The notes beneath the pieces were generated by a model that did no database searches, was not told where the DNA came from, and worked only from the letters and a program-made list of their open reading frames with translations. From the NCBI GenBank assembly GCA_963676395.1, contig OY781066.1, forward strand, positions 1,248,001 through 1,312,000: a stretch of 64,000 bases of DNA. Direction: 5' to 3'. The position numbers and the translations under genes were made by a program. Source of the stretch: a bacterium. GTDB taxonomy: Bacteria; Fidelibacterota; Fidelibacteria; Fidelibacterales; Fidelibacteraceae. Below, in pieces: positions 36,846 to 47,248 of this stretch (position 1 is its first letter; each line of letters starts with the position of its first letter).

Positions 36846-38110
36846 AGAAAGTATTGATCGTCACATATTATTGGCCTCCTGCAGGTGGTCCGGGAGTGCA
36901 AAGAGTGCTGAATATGGTTAAGCATTTACCGGAATATGGTTGGCAACCCATGGTATTAACTGTGGAAAAACCATCGGCACCGGCGATTGACCCTAGCTTG
37001 TTAAATTATATTCCCAAAGAATGCAAAGTTTATAAGACCAGGACATCGGAACCCTTTGAAGCTTATAAGAAATTAACCGGTAAAAAATCGGGAGAAGCTC
37101 TTCCCAAGAATATTACTTTGGATACACATTTATCTTTTAGCGAAAAATTGTCACGCTGGATTAGAGCAAATTTATTTATTCCCGATGCTCGCAAAGGATG
37201 GAAACGATTTTTGGTCAGAGAGGGTATGAAGATCATTAAAAGTGAAAAGCCTGACTTAATTCTTTCTACTTCTCCGCCACATTCCGTTCAAGTTGCTGCA
37301 ATGAAGCTTGCAAAAAAAAGTGAATTACCCTGGGTGGTGGATCTGAGGGATCCTTGGACAGAAGCGTATTGGGAAAGCGCAATGCCTAAAACTCAAAGCA
37401 GTGAAAATAAAAACAAAAGATTTGAACGTGACGTTCTGAATACAGCAGATCAGGTTACAACGGTAGGCGAGGGAGTCGCTAAATTACTTAGAGGTAAAAC
37501 CACAAAGCCGGTCTCAGTCATTTACAATGGATACCGTAAGGTTGATAATGGCATGATAAAAAGTGACTATTTTGAAATTCTTCATTTGGGGAATTTAAGT
37601 ACGATGCAAAGCATTGAAGAGTTGCTTCTGGCTATAGAAATGCTTGATAAAGAAATTCAAAAAAACATAAAGCTGCGCTTTATAGGCTCTTTGGCGTCCG
37701 AACATAAAGAACGTATTGATCATATGGAATTTGTTCTAAAGGAGTATCTTCCTTTTATGCCATATGAAAACATGATAAAAGAGGCCAAATCGGCATCCCT
37801 GTTGTTTTTACCTCGTTTGAACAGCACTTACTCTAAAAGTTTGATCTCGGCTAAGATTTTTGATTATCTTGCTCTAGGTCGACCAATTTTTGCCATAGCA
37901 GATAAAGATAGTGACGTTTCAGGTATCTTAAAGCATAGCGAAAGCGGCTTGGCATTTGAATCATATGAGATAAATAAAATGGTAAATTATTTAAAAAACT
38001 GCTACGATCACCTGAAAGATTATTCTATAAACACTACAAAGTTAAAGACTTACTCACTCGAAGAAAATATTTCTTCTTTATCAGATATATTCAATCGCTT
38101 GATAAGCTAA
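36842..38110 (+). CDS. GT4 glycosyltransferase
   Basis: TYYWPPAGGPGVQR, STSPPHS, DLRDPW, KIFDYL. Confidence 0.9.
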   Translation: MKKVLIVTYYWPPAGGPGVQRVLNMVKHLPEYGWQPMVLTVEKPSAPAIDPSLLNYIPKECKVYKTRTSEPFEAYKKLTGKKSGEALPKNITLDTHLSFSEKLSRWIRANLFIPDARKGWKRFLVREGMKIIKSEKPDLILSTSPPHSVQVAAMKLAKKSELPWVVDLRDPWTEAYWESAMPKTQSSENKNKRFERDVLNTADQVTTVGEGVAKLLRGKTTKPVSVIYNGYRKVDNGMIKSDYFEILHLGNLSTMQSIEELLLAIEMLDKEIQKNIKLRFIGSLASEHKERIDHMEFVLKEYLPFMPYENMIKEAKSASLLFLPRLNSTYSKSLISAKIFDYLALGRPIFAIADKDSDVSGILKHSESGLAFESYEINKMVNYLKNCYDHLKDYSINTTKLKTYSLEENISSLSDIFNRLIS

Positions 38111-38397
38111 TGAATGATTGTTAGAGTTATATTCTTTAGCGTGACAGTTTATATGTTTCATGTAATCGGGTATATTGCCTTTGAGTACTTTGCCAAATTT
38201 TTTTCTAATTAAGTATTGGCTTTGTTTGATAAATATTTTACATTTACGTTGGAATTTTAAGAAGAATTATAGGTTATAACTATATGTGGTGGAAATTAAC
38301 ACGAGTAGTTACAATATGTAGCGTTTATTTCGCGAATTCTCAATTTGAATACAGTTGGGAGATTGAGAATTATAGTTAAATATTCTATGCTTTTTTC

Positions 38398-38426
38398 TTG
38401 AAGACATGAATATTATCATGTATTTT
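38398..38426 (+). promoter_or_regulatory. Putative promoter with palindromic spacer
   Basis: TTGAAG-N17-TATTTT, with CATGA-N6-TCATG in the spacer. Confidence 0.45.
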
Positions 38427-38450
38427 CATCTTTAATTGGAGAATTGTAAT

Positions 38451-38900
38451 ATGTTAGACCAGAAAGATAAGATTATTTTAAAAATACTGCAGGAGAACGC
38501 AAGGACGTCGAATGCAGAAATTGCCAGACATATGGGCATGACGGCATCTGCAATTTATGAAAGAGTAAAAAAGCTTGAGAAAGCCGGTATCGTAAAAAAC
38601 TATGAAGCTCGCTTAGAGCCTTCGGTTCTTGGTCTAAATTTATTATCTATAGTTTTGATCTCTTTGTATGATCTTACAAAGATGCGAGATACCGGAAAAG
38701 TTCTTGCCGGTTTTGATAAAATACAAGAGATTCATTACATTGCGGGCAAAGGCTCGATTATGGCGAAAGTCAGGACTTCGGGAACCGAGGACCTTGAAAA
38801 ATTATTGGATAGCATTAATTTGATAGATAATGTAAAAAACACAGAGTCTACCATCGTATTAAAATCAGAAAAAGAAACATCTAGTTTATACGTAGAATAA
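38451..38900 (+). CDS. Lrp/AsnC-family transcriptional regulator
   Basis: LDQKDKIILKILQENARTSNAEIAR...ERVKKLEKAGIV HTH, plus a RAM domain. Confidence 0.93.
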   Translation: MLDQKDKIILKILQENARTSNAEIARHMGMTASAIYERVKKLEKAGIVKNYEARLEPSVLGLNLLSIVLISLYDLTKMRDTGKVLAGFDKIQEIHYIAGKGSIMAKVRTSGTEDLEKLLDSINLIDNVKNTESTIVLKSEKETSSLYVE

Positions 38901-38917
38901 AACAATTGGAGGTTGTT

Positions 38918-40996
38918 ATGAAACGTATTGTTATTGCAACATTAGTGGCGATGTTGTTGGTCAGCACAGTATTTGCTGTGCAAATGGCTACACTACCCAT
39001 TAATCACAAAGATCGCGTAGAACGCGTAGTTAAAGAAACAGGTCGTGAGATATATAATTACTCAATGTCCAAGGCAACTGCAAAATCCGTGTCAGCCTAT
39101 GATCCGGCTTTTTCGGCTGTGTTAATCGACTCCAGTAAAAATGGTTTTGGTTTAGTTTCAGGTGTTACAAATCCTATCTCTCATAAAGATGCTAAATTTG
39201 TTATGGCTTATCGTCAATGGATAGGTATTGAAAATTCATCAGGTGCAGTAGGTATGGCCTATAGTGTTGATGGTGGTACGGTATGGACAAATCAAAGTAG
39301 TTTGAATGCTGTATCTCCCGGCGAGTTGACAGCTCGTTATCCTTCTGCTATTGGTGCAGGTAATTATCCGTTTATTACTTGGAACGAATATACCGGCGCC
39401 AATTCAGGCGTTGAAAACGATGCAGATCCTCTGTTCGTTGTAGATATGCTTGGTTTTGGTGGTGGTTATCTTTCAACCCCACAGCTTGTTGGAAATTCAT
39501 CTAATCCGGAAGGTATGTGGATGGGGTGTCCCGACTATAGTGAAGAACCAAATGGTACAGGTCACATCAATATTACTTATACAACGTGGCGTGAATTTAA
39601 TCCGGACGATGTAAGCTCACATAATATGTATCTATATCGTTCAACCGGTATTTCATCCGGTACGGTTTCATTTGCTTCATCTGAAAAAATTCTTGATGCA
39701 CTTACATATTATGAAGCCGGCTCTGCTGATGGTTCAACTACATCAGATGCTTTGATCTCAATCGCAGATAATGGCATTGGTTATGTTGCCAATGTTGCTT
39801 ATTGGGGAGCAAATCATAAAGATCTTGTAGAAGACAATGATTATCATACGTTCAAATTCCGTAAAACAACTGATTACGGCTCTACATGGTCAACAACATC
39901 ATTTGATACAGATGTTCCATATTACTATATAGAAGACAAACATTTTGATGACAATATCTTTGATACCTATATTCCTTCACAACAGTTTGAAGTAGCTTAT
40001 GGTACTGATACGGTTGTTGTTGATGAGTTAAAAGGTACTGAAGATGCGGTGCTTGATACATTAAATTATCCCGGACTTTTTATTGGTTATGATAATGATA
40101 TGGTTGTAGACGCCAATGGTGGTGTTCACTTTATGTGTCTTGTTATCCCCGAGGCTGAAGAAGCCGGTAAGATCATGCCTACAGTTCATGAAGGATGTGG
40201 ATTTTATCATATCTATTGTTCAGATCCTGCTTCATCTACAGCAGAATATGAAGTATCCTTTGTAACTTCAATGCAGAATACATGGCGTTTTTCTTATGGT
40301 AAGAGCGATAAAGCATGGCAAAGTTTCTTCCCTGTAATGGCAACATCTACCGAAGATCCAAACACCATCTACGCAGTATATCCTAAAGGAGATATCTTTA
40401 AAGAAGAAGATCCTGAATCACCTGGAGATACACTTCTTTATAGGAGAAGCTATGATATTTATATGCGTCGCTCAATAGATGCCGGTGCTACTTGGCAGGA
40501 AGAGATCAATGTAACCAACACTCCCGATTATGATGAACTGTGTGCTCATGCTGATCCTGACGCAACCGATGATAATGTTTATATTATTTATCAGGTTCCG
40601 GATTATAATATTCATACTGTTGATAATGATACCACAGATGCGGTTCCTGAAGACTATATGAACCGGATTTATTTCATGAATGTTAATTATTCGTCAGAGG
40701 TGCCAAGAGAAGATGCTGTTGTTGATGTACCTGCTAGCTTTGATCTAGCACAGAACTATCCCAACCCATTCAACCCTGTGACAACAATTGCATTTGATAT
40801 TCATGAAGCAGGTGAATATTCACTGGATGTATTTAATACACTGGGTCAAAAAGTTAAAACTTTAATTTCCGATTACAGGAATGTTGGTCGTTATGAAGTT
40901 GAGTTTGATGCTTCTGATCTATCGTCCGGTATATATTTCTATTCACTAACAAGTGATAATGTTACACTTACTCATAAAGCTGTTTTATTAAAATAA
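38918..40996 (+). CDS. Secreted Asp-box (BNR) beta-propeller-like protein with T9SS type-A CTD
   Basis: Signal peptide; SVDGGTVW, TTDYGSTW, SIDAGATW; QNYPNPFNP...SGIYFY...KAVLLK. Confidence 0.82.
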   Translation: MKRIVIATLVAMLLVSTVFAVQMATLPINHKDRVERVVKETGREIYNYSMSKATAKSVSAYDPAFSAVLIDSSKNGFGLVSGVTNPISHKDAKFVMAYRQWIGIENSSGAVGMAYSVDGGTVWTNQSSLNAVSPGELTARYPSAIGAGNYPFITWNEYTGANSGVENDADPLFVVDMLGFGGGYLSTPQLVGNSSNPEGMWMGCPDYSEEPNGTGHINITYTTWREFNPDDVSSHNMYLYRSTGISSGTVSFASSEKILDALTYYEAGSADGSTTSDALISIADNGIGYVANVAYWGANHKDLVEDNDYHTFKFRKTTDYGSTWSTTSFDTDVPYYYIEDKHFDDNIFDTYIPSQQFEVAYGTDTVVVDELKGTEDAVLDTLNYPGLFIGYDNDMVVDANGGVHFMCLVIPEAEEAGKIMPTVHEGCGFYHIYCSDPASSTAEYEVSFVTSMQNTWRFSYGKSDKAWQSFFPVMATSTEDPNTIYAVYPKGDIFKEEDPESPGDTLLYRRSYDIYMRRSIDAGATWQEEINVTNTPDYDELCAHADPDATDDNVYIIYQVPDYNIHTVDNDTTDAVPEDYMNRIYFMNVNYSSEVPREDAVVDVPASFDLAQNYPNPFNPVTTIAFDIHEAGEYSLDVFNTLGQKVKTLISDYRNVGRYEVEFDASDLSSGIYFYSLTSDNVTLTHKAVLLK

Positions 40997-41012
40997 AAAA
41001 TAAGTCAAATAT

Positions 41013-41044
41013 ACAGGCTGCCTCCTTTTATAGGAGGCACCTGT
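41013..41044 (+). other. Intergenic stem-loop without U tract
   Basis: ACAGG(C)TGCCTCCT/AGGAGGCACCTGT. Confidence 0.6.
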
Positions 41045-41060
41045 TACCTAAGGGGATTGT

Positions 41061-43946
41061 ATGAAGAAAGGTTATATCCTTTTTGTGGTTTGTTTGATGT
41101 TTTTTGGTGTCGCCTTTGGCGATATTGTTGGTTCTGTAAGAGGAACGGTTGTGGCGGCCGAAACCAACGAACCCTTAATGGGCGTCAATATCATGGTAGA
41201 AGGTACCTCTGTTGGTACTTTTACCGACCAAACAGGCTATTACAATATCATTAACTTACCGATCGGAGAATATAATGTCACTTATACTATGATCGGTTTT
41301 AAAAAAATTATTCAAAAAAGCGTAAAGGTCATTCGAGACCAATCAACTATTATTAATGCGCGTATGCAGGTCGAAGCCGTTCAGGGCGAGGTTGTAGAGG
41401 TCATTGCCGATCGTCCTTCTGTAGAAAAGGATGTTGTTGGTCGTAAGGTTGTGATGGAAACGGAGCAGGTGGTTAATTTACCTGTTCGCGATATGACGGA
41501 AGTTTATACGCTTCAATCCGGTATTATTGAGATCAAAACAGCCGATCTTGGTATCCCCGGGTTTGAAGAACGGGGTATCGAACAGATACACGTTCGAGGT
41601 GGTCGAGCTAACGAAACAGGTTTCATGATTGATGGTATGTATATTGAGAATCCGCTTTACGGTGGTAAAGGTAAGGGAACTCGATTAAATCAGTTTGCAG
41701 TTGCTCAGGTTGATTTTCAAACCGGCTTTTTTAATGCTGAATATGGTGATGCGATGTCCGGTATGATCAATACTGTTACTCGAACCGGTCCCTCTAAATT
41801 TTCCGGTATGTTGCGATATGAACGCTCAGATTTTGGTCCCATTTCTTCAGAACAGGATCAATTAAGAAATTTCTCAAAAATTGCCGGTGGATTTGGCGGA
41901 CCTCTTATCACCGATAAAATCAGATGGTGGACTTCTTTTGATCAAACTAATTCGGCATATGCGGTTTATAAGTTTGATGATCTTGCTTTTGATAAAGAAA
42001 ATCCACTAAGCGATTATAATGTCAATAATCATATAAATCCTTTGGATACAATTGCCGGTTGGCGTTCCTTTGGTTTTGATAACACCTTTGATATTTTTTC
42101 AAAGTTGACTTTTTTGATCTCTCCAAAGATTAGAATGAATTTGTCGCATTGGTATGTTAATTCAAATTATAAAGCCTTTGATCCCTCATATATCTATTAT
42201 GATTTGGGTAAAAATGAAGTTGAAAAAATTTCTAAACGCTATGCTATAGAATGGCGTCATCAGTTGAACGATAAAACATATTATACTGTAAACTATTCTG
42301 ATTTTACTCAAGAAATGACCATGGGTGTTAGAAACTATGATTCTGATGGCGATGGTTATCCCGATTGGGTAGAACAGCGTAATCTTGCAGATTTTTATGA
42401 TAGTACAAAAGTGCCGTACATGGATGATGGAAACGGAAGCAATATTCCTTTGGAATATGTTTTAGATGGAGCTGATACACTTTGGCGCCTGGGTGATGAA
42501 ATGAATGAATGGCTTACTGCCGAACAGTATAATCAACCTTGGGTTCTTGCTCCTTTTGTCGATGAGGATATGATTATTGAGTATCAGAACAGTCCGAATT
42601 TAAAAGCTTATTGGGCAGAATACTATTATAGTGGTGCCGATAGGTATTATCATTATACTAAGGCACGTACAAAAGAGTTGAGGTTTGATTTGACTTCACA
42701 AGTCAGTCGACATAGTCAGATAAAAACAGGAATAGATTATAAAACACATCAGATTACATTTGATGAGGTTCAGTTGCCATGGCTATCAACACCTTATACT
42801 GAAAACTATTATCGAGTACCTCAAGAGTTTGCCGGATATGTTCAGGATAAGATTGAATATCCCTGGATGGTCATCAATGCCGGTTTGCGCTTTGATGCAG
42901 CCAACGCAAATGACTCCATGTGGGTAGATCCACGCGATCCTCTTTCCGGTATGGAACCTACAAAATGGGAATTTCTCTGGAGTCCTCGCTTAGGTTTTTC
43001 ACATGTGATCACAGATAAATCAACCTTTACATTTGGTTATGGTATTTATTATCAGAACCCTACTTATCGTGATATTTACAACAATATTGATGAACGTGAA
43101 AATCTTGATCAGTTTTTTACATCTCCAAGTCCATTGATGGGTAACCCGAATGTTAGTGCTCAAAAAGTAACATCGTATGAATTTGGTATCAATACCGAAG
43201 TCGCTAGAGACTATGTTCTGGGTGCAGTTGGTTGGTCTAAAGATTATTCTAACATGAATTCAACAGAAAAGGTTCGTTCCGGATCTGTTTCATATACAAC
43301 TTTCGTGAACTATGATTACGGTTCAGCTCGCGGTGTGGATATTATTTTCGAAAGGAGACGCGGTCGTTTCCTTACCGGTAATATTCAGTACACCTATTCG
43401 CGTGCAATGGGTAATCGTTCCGACCCCTGGGAAGGATATCGAAATGGTGAAGACCCCATTACAATGCCTAAAAGAGAAGTATTACAGGATTATGATAGAA
43501 CTCACGATTTTTCAGCTCAGCTGACATTTAGATTGCCTGAGGGCTATGGTATTCCCGTTGGTAGATATCATTTATTTCAGAATACGATGACGAATTTGAC
43601 ATTTGTTGCAATTTCGGGTGCGCCTTATACACCTATCTTATCAAATGATAAAGCGGGACCTACAAACTCAGAACGTATGCCAACTTATTTTACAACGAAT
43701 TTGGCATTCAGAAAGTATATTAAGATGTTTGGATCGACTCGTTTAGTTTTGGGCTTGGTTTGTACCAATCTTTTTAATCGCATGAATGAATTGTATGTAT
43801 ATCCTCGTACCGGAACTGCAGACAATCCTGGCGGTATTGATGAAGGCTATATTCTCGATGGAATCGTAAGTTCAAGTTACTATGATCGTCCATGGTATTA
43901 TGATGATCAAAGATCCCTTGACTTCTTCCTTGAAGTCGAGTTTTAA
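41061..43946 (+). CDS. TonB-dependent receptor with N-terminal carboxypeptidase-regulatory-like domain
   Basis: EPLMGVNI.VEGT..GT.TD; plug motifs HVRGGRANE..FMIDG and GFFNAEYGDAMSG; NAGLRFD; SPRLGFS; C-terminal Phe. Confidence 0.92.
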   Translation: MKKGYILFVVCLMFFGVAFGDIVGSVRGTVVAAETNEPLMGVNIMVEGTSVGTFTDQTGYYNIINLPIGEYNVTYTMIGFKKIIQKSVKVIRDQSTIINARMQVEAVQGEVVEVIADRPSVEKDVVGRKVVMETEQVVNLPVRDMTEVYTLQSGIIEIKTADLGIPGFEERGIEQIHVRGGRANETGFMIDGMYIENPLYGGKGKGTRLNQFAVAQVDFQTGFFNAEYGDAMSGMINTVTRTGPSKFSGMLRYERSDFGPISSEQDQLRNFSKIAGGFGGPLITDKIRWWTSFDQTNSAYAVYKFDDLAFDKENPLSDYNVNNHINPLDTIAGWRSFGFDNTFDIFSKLTFLISPKIRMNLSHWYVNSNYKAFDPSYIYYDLGKNEVEKISKRYAIEWRHQLNDKTYYTVNYSDFTQEMTMGVRNYDSDGDGYPDWVEQRNLADFYDSTKVPYMDDGNGSNIPLEYVLDGADTLWRLGDEMNEWLTAEQYNQPWVLAPFVDEDMIIEYQNSPNLKAYWAEYYYSGADRYYHYTKARTKELRFDLTSQVSRHSQIKTGIDYKTHQITFDEVQLPWLSTPYTENYYRVPQEFAGYVQDKIEYPWMVINAGLRFDAANANDSMWVDPRDPLSGMEPTKWEFLWSPRLGFSHVITDKSTFTFGYGIYYQNPTYRDIYNNIDERENLDQFFTSPSPLMGNPNVSAQKVTSYEFGINTEVARDYVLGAVGWSKDYSNMNSTEKVRSGSVSYTTFVNYDYGSARGVDIIFERRRGRFLTGNIQYTYSRAMGNRSDPWEGYRNGEDPITMPKREVLQDYDRTHDFSAQLTFRLPEGYGIPVGRYHLFQNTMTNLTFVAISGAPYTPILSNDKAGPTNSERMPTYFTTNLAFRKYIKMFGSTRLVLGLVCTNLFNRMNELYVYPRTGTADNPGGIDEGYILDGIVSSSYYDRPWYYDDQRSLDFFLEVEF

Positions 43947-43957
43947 GGAGTATGTAC

Positions 43958-46900
43958 ATGAAATTTATAAAAAAAATTGTATGTTTAATTTTGCCGGTGC
44001 TTGTATTTGCAATTCCTATGGAAGTCAAGTATGGTGCGTCGTTTGCAAAAAGCAGCACACCGAATCCGATCTATGAGCGTGCTAAATCATATGCTGATCA
44101 AGGTAAATTCAAAACATGTGTTTTGAATTATGGTAACTTTGTGGATCATTGGCAAGAAGATGTTGCCGGTGCATGGGGTGATTACCAATACCTTGCAAAT
44201 GTTTCTTTTATGATTGGTGTGCCCGGACAAGATAAAGAAGGAAATATTTATCCTTGGGCTTATCGTCCACACCCTGATCCTGAAAGAACAGATAGCATCT
44301 ATTGGGGTGCAACGGTTTCAGAATCTTGGTTGGATCGTACTGCGAACCAGGTTAATACAGACTGGGACGTTGTCGTTGGTTCCAAAGGAAAAACTTATTC
44401 CGGTGATATAACAGCCGGAGATTATGTTGGAGGTGTTTGGACACCTGAAAGCGATACATGGCCACTTTTGGCGACATCTATTGCTCCTGAATCCTGGCCT
44501 AAACGTGATGATGGCGAAGGAAATGAGGAAAGCTTTTGGCCCGGTTGGTATGCAATTGATACAGACCCCTCATCACCTACATATGGCAAAGAGGTTGAAG
44601 GTCGTTTTACATCTGATGTGGATATTTATCTTGAGATAGATGATGCCTATGCAGATCGCGAACCCGTATCATCTTTCAATGGTTATCCTACGGGCACCAA
44701 AGTGTTAGCTACCGTCCACTCTTATGGTCGCGCTTACGCCGAAGATATTATGTTCGTTACAATGAAAGTGGTCAACGCTTCTAATGAATATGGTTTGAAT
44801 AATGGAGAAGGATTCAACTATAAGGGAACCTATTGCGGCTTTTATTTTGATGCAGATATGTTCTCGGCATTTTATCATGGTGGTGCACGCCCATGTAATA
44901 CCAACGACGGTGATATGATGGGTTATAATGCAACCTATGATTATGCATTTATTTATGATCTTGATCAGGAAGAATGTGGCGGAGCTTATGATGTTGATGC
45001 TTTTGTAGCGGTTAAATTACTGGATACACCCAATGCATCTGATACGGTATGGACTAGTGAAACAGACTATATAGCTCCGGGTGAAGAATTGGGCTTGACC
45101 GATTGGCATTGGTTTGATTGGTATAACCGCCCAGGCGTTATTAACAAAGAAGGTTCGGGTGGTCCTTTTATTGGGAACGGAACTCAACCTGAATCACCTA
45201 AAAAAGAAGAATTGATGTATCAGTTAATGGCCGGTGATACGACCGGATTAACCGAAAAAGAAGATGAATGGTATTTTCATCCTGATAATCGTGGTGATAC
45301 TAATCCTCATTATGACAGTATGGAGGGACTTTTGTCAGCATTCCCAGATGGTTTGGATTGTGTTTGTATGATGTCGGCTGGCCCCTTTGACTTTAATGTT
45401 GGTGATACGGCAATGTTTTCATTTGCTGTTATTATGGGAGAAAATATTCCTGATCTAAACCGTAATGCAAATATGGCTCAGATCATGTATGATTTGCGTT
45501 ATCAGGGTTTTTCGGCTCCCATTGCTCCCACGGTTTCCGCTGTAAGCGAATGGAATTCTGAAACAGAAGAAATGGCGGTGCGTTTGGTTTGGGATGATGC
45601 GGCAGAATCTTCAACCGATATTGTTACTCAGTATCCTGATTTTGAAGGTTACCGTGTTTACAAATCTACCGATGGTGGTCAAACATGGGGAGATCCAATC
45701 TATGATACATATCAGACTCATGTAGGTTATAAACCTATCGCACAATTTGATTTAACCGCTGTTGAAGACATGGCTCGCTATGGTCGTGAAGTATCCGGTC
45801 AAGATCCAATGGCTCCCTGGTTTGATCTGGGAAGTAATACCGGTTTGCAACATGAATATGTTGACCATGATGTTCAGGTAGGTAAAGAGTATACTTATTC
45901 AGTTACAGCTTATGATATCGGTATTGAACCCGGTTTTACTATTGATGTTAGCTATGAAGATGTAGTAGATCCTAGCTCTGGCTTAACCTATCAGGTGATT
46001 AAGTATGATACCACTTGGTCTAAAACTAATGTTGATGAACAATGGGCTGCTTATTCCTTGGAATCTTTAGAGAATACTAAAGGAACAACGCCCCGGTCAC
46101 CTCAGTTTGTAAGAATTACTCCCTCAAGGTATCCTATTGATATCAAGGCGGAGATCGATCTGGTTCCCAGTGATAGCACGGTCGGTAATACACCAACATT
46201 AATTCGCATTGCTGAACCGAACAAAGTAATAGATCATGAGTATAAAATCACTATCGAAGCTAAGGATGCTACGGCAATTAACTTTAAGACGGGTCCATAT
46301 ATTAAAAACCCGACTTATACTGTTATAGATGTTACGGCAGGTGATACGATTGTTGAAAATCTTTCAAATAATGATATTAACCCTGATGATCCGAATACAT
46401 TTCGACCGATTTTTGATGGTCTACAAGTTGTGTTTGACAATATAGAAAGAGCAAGTGTAGATTCTGTGAAATGGGCTTCAAACCAACAGTATATTGAAAC
46501 ATCTCCTTGGTCAACCTTGCCTTTCCCACCGGCATCTGATTATGCAATTATTTTTGGTTCGGCAGATGAGGTGCTTGATACGGTACTATGGAATACACCC
46601 TTCGCAGAAAGACCTGCGCCTTTTAAAGCGATTAAACTGCCAAGTGGCGAAAGAGTTCAGATATTAGTACTTGAAGATGGTAATTCAAGAGATGATACAT
46701 TGAACTACCTTGATGATATTTCTTTCTATGAGGCAAATGTACCTGGAAGACCTGTTGGACTTTCGATTCCTACATGGGCTTTTGAGTTTTCTTGGGATAC
46801 CACGTTGGTGAAACACACAGGTTATCCGTTTACACCGGGAGACACATTGTATTTTAGAACGTTCAAACCATTTGAAGATGGTGATGAATTTACCTTTACT

Positions 46901-47236
46901 GCAGCCGATTTCTCCGAAGAAGTTGAGTTGACAGATGAGGATCTGAAACGCATTAAGGTTGTTCCAAACCCATATATGGTTTCTGCTCAGTGGGAACAGA
47001 GTGAATATGAGAAAAGAATGCTATTCACAAATCTTCCGACTAAGTGTGAAATTAGTATCTTCACCTTGACTGGGGAGTTTGTTAATAAGGTTGTTCATGA
47101 TAATGAATATGATGATTCTGAGGCGTGGGATTTAACAACCATTAACCGCCAGGAAGTAGCTCCGGGACTTTATGTTTTTACGGTTGAGCTTTCAGATGGC
47201 AGAACCCATATTGGCAAATTTGCCATTATACGATAA
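43958..47236 (+). CDS. Large acidic secreted protein with FN3-like module and FlgD-Ig-like sorting tail (VVPNPY...GKFAIIR)
   Basis: Sec signal without a lipobox; DFEGYRVYKS...YTYSVTAYD FN3-like module; AAGGAG SD favours ATG 43958. Confidence 0.75.
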   Translation: MKFIKKIVCLILPVLVFAIPMEVKYGASFAKSSTPNPIYERAKSYADQGKFKTCVLNYGNFVDHWQEDVAGAWGDYQYLANVSFMIGVPGQDKEGNIYPWAYRPHPDPERTDSIYWGATVSESWLDRTANQVNTDWDVVVGSKGKTYSGDITAGDYVGGVWTPESDTWPLLATSIAPESWPKRDDGEGNEESFWPGWYAIDTDPSSPTYGKEVEGRFTSDVDIYLEIDDAYADREPVSSFNGYPTGTKVLATVHSYGRAYAEDIMFVTMKVVNASNEYGLNNGEGFNYKGTYCGFYFDADMFSAFYHGGARPCNTNDGDMMGYNATYDYAFIYDLDQEECGGAYDVDAFVAVKLLDTPNASDTVWTSETDYIAPGEELGLTDWHWFDWYNRPGVINKEGSGGPFIGNGTQPESPKKEELMYQLMAGDTTGLTEKEDEWYFHPDNRGDTNPHYDSMEGLLSAFPDGLDCVCMMSAGPFDFNVGDTAMFSFAVIMGENIPDLNRNANMAQIMYDLRYQGFSAPIAPTVSAVSEWNSETEEMAVRLVWDDAAESSTDIVTQYPDFEGYRVYKSTDGGQTWGDPIYDTYQTHVGYKPIAQFDLTAVEDMARYGREVSGQDPMAPWFDLGSNTGLQHEYVDHDVQVGKEYTYSVTAYDIGIEPGFTIDVSYEDVVDPSSGLTYQVIKYDTTWSKTNVDEQWAAYSLESLENTKGTTPRSPQFVRITPSRYPIDIKAEIDLVPSDSTVGNTPTLIRIAEPNKVIDHEYKITIEAKDATAINFKTGPYIKNPTYTVIDVTAGDTIVENLSNNDINPDDPNTFRPIFDGLQVVFDNIERASVDSVKWASNQQYIETSPWSTLPFPPASDYAIIFGSADEVLDTVLWNTPFAERPAPFKAIKLPSGERVQILVLEDGNSRDDTLNYLDDISFYEANVPGRPVGLSIPTWAFEFSWDTTLVKHTGYPFTPGDTLYFRTFKPFEDGDEFTFTAADFSEEVELTDEDLKRIKVVPNPYMVSAQWEQSEYEKRMLFTNLPTKCEISIFTLTGEFVNKVVHDNEYDDSEAWDLTTINRQEVAPGLYVFTVELSDGRTHIGKFAIIR

Positions 47237-47248
47237 AGGAGAGCGAAG

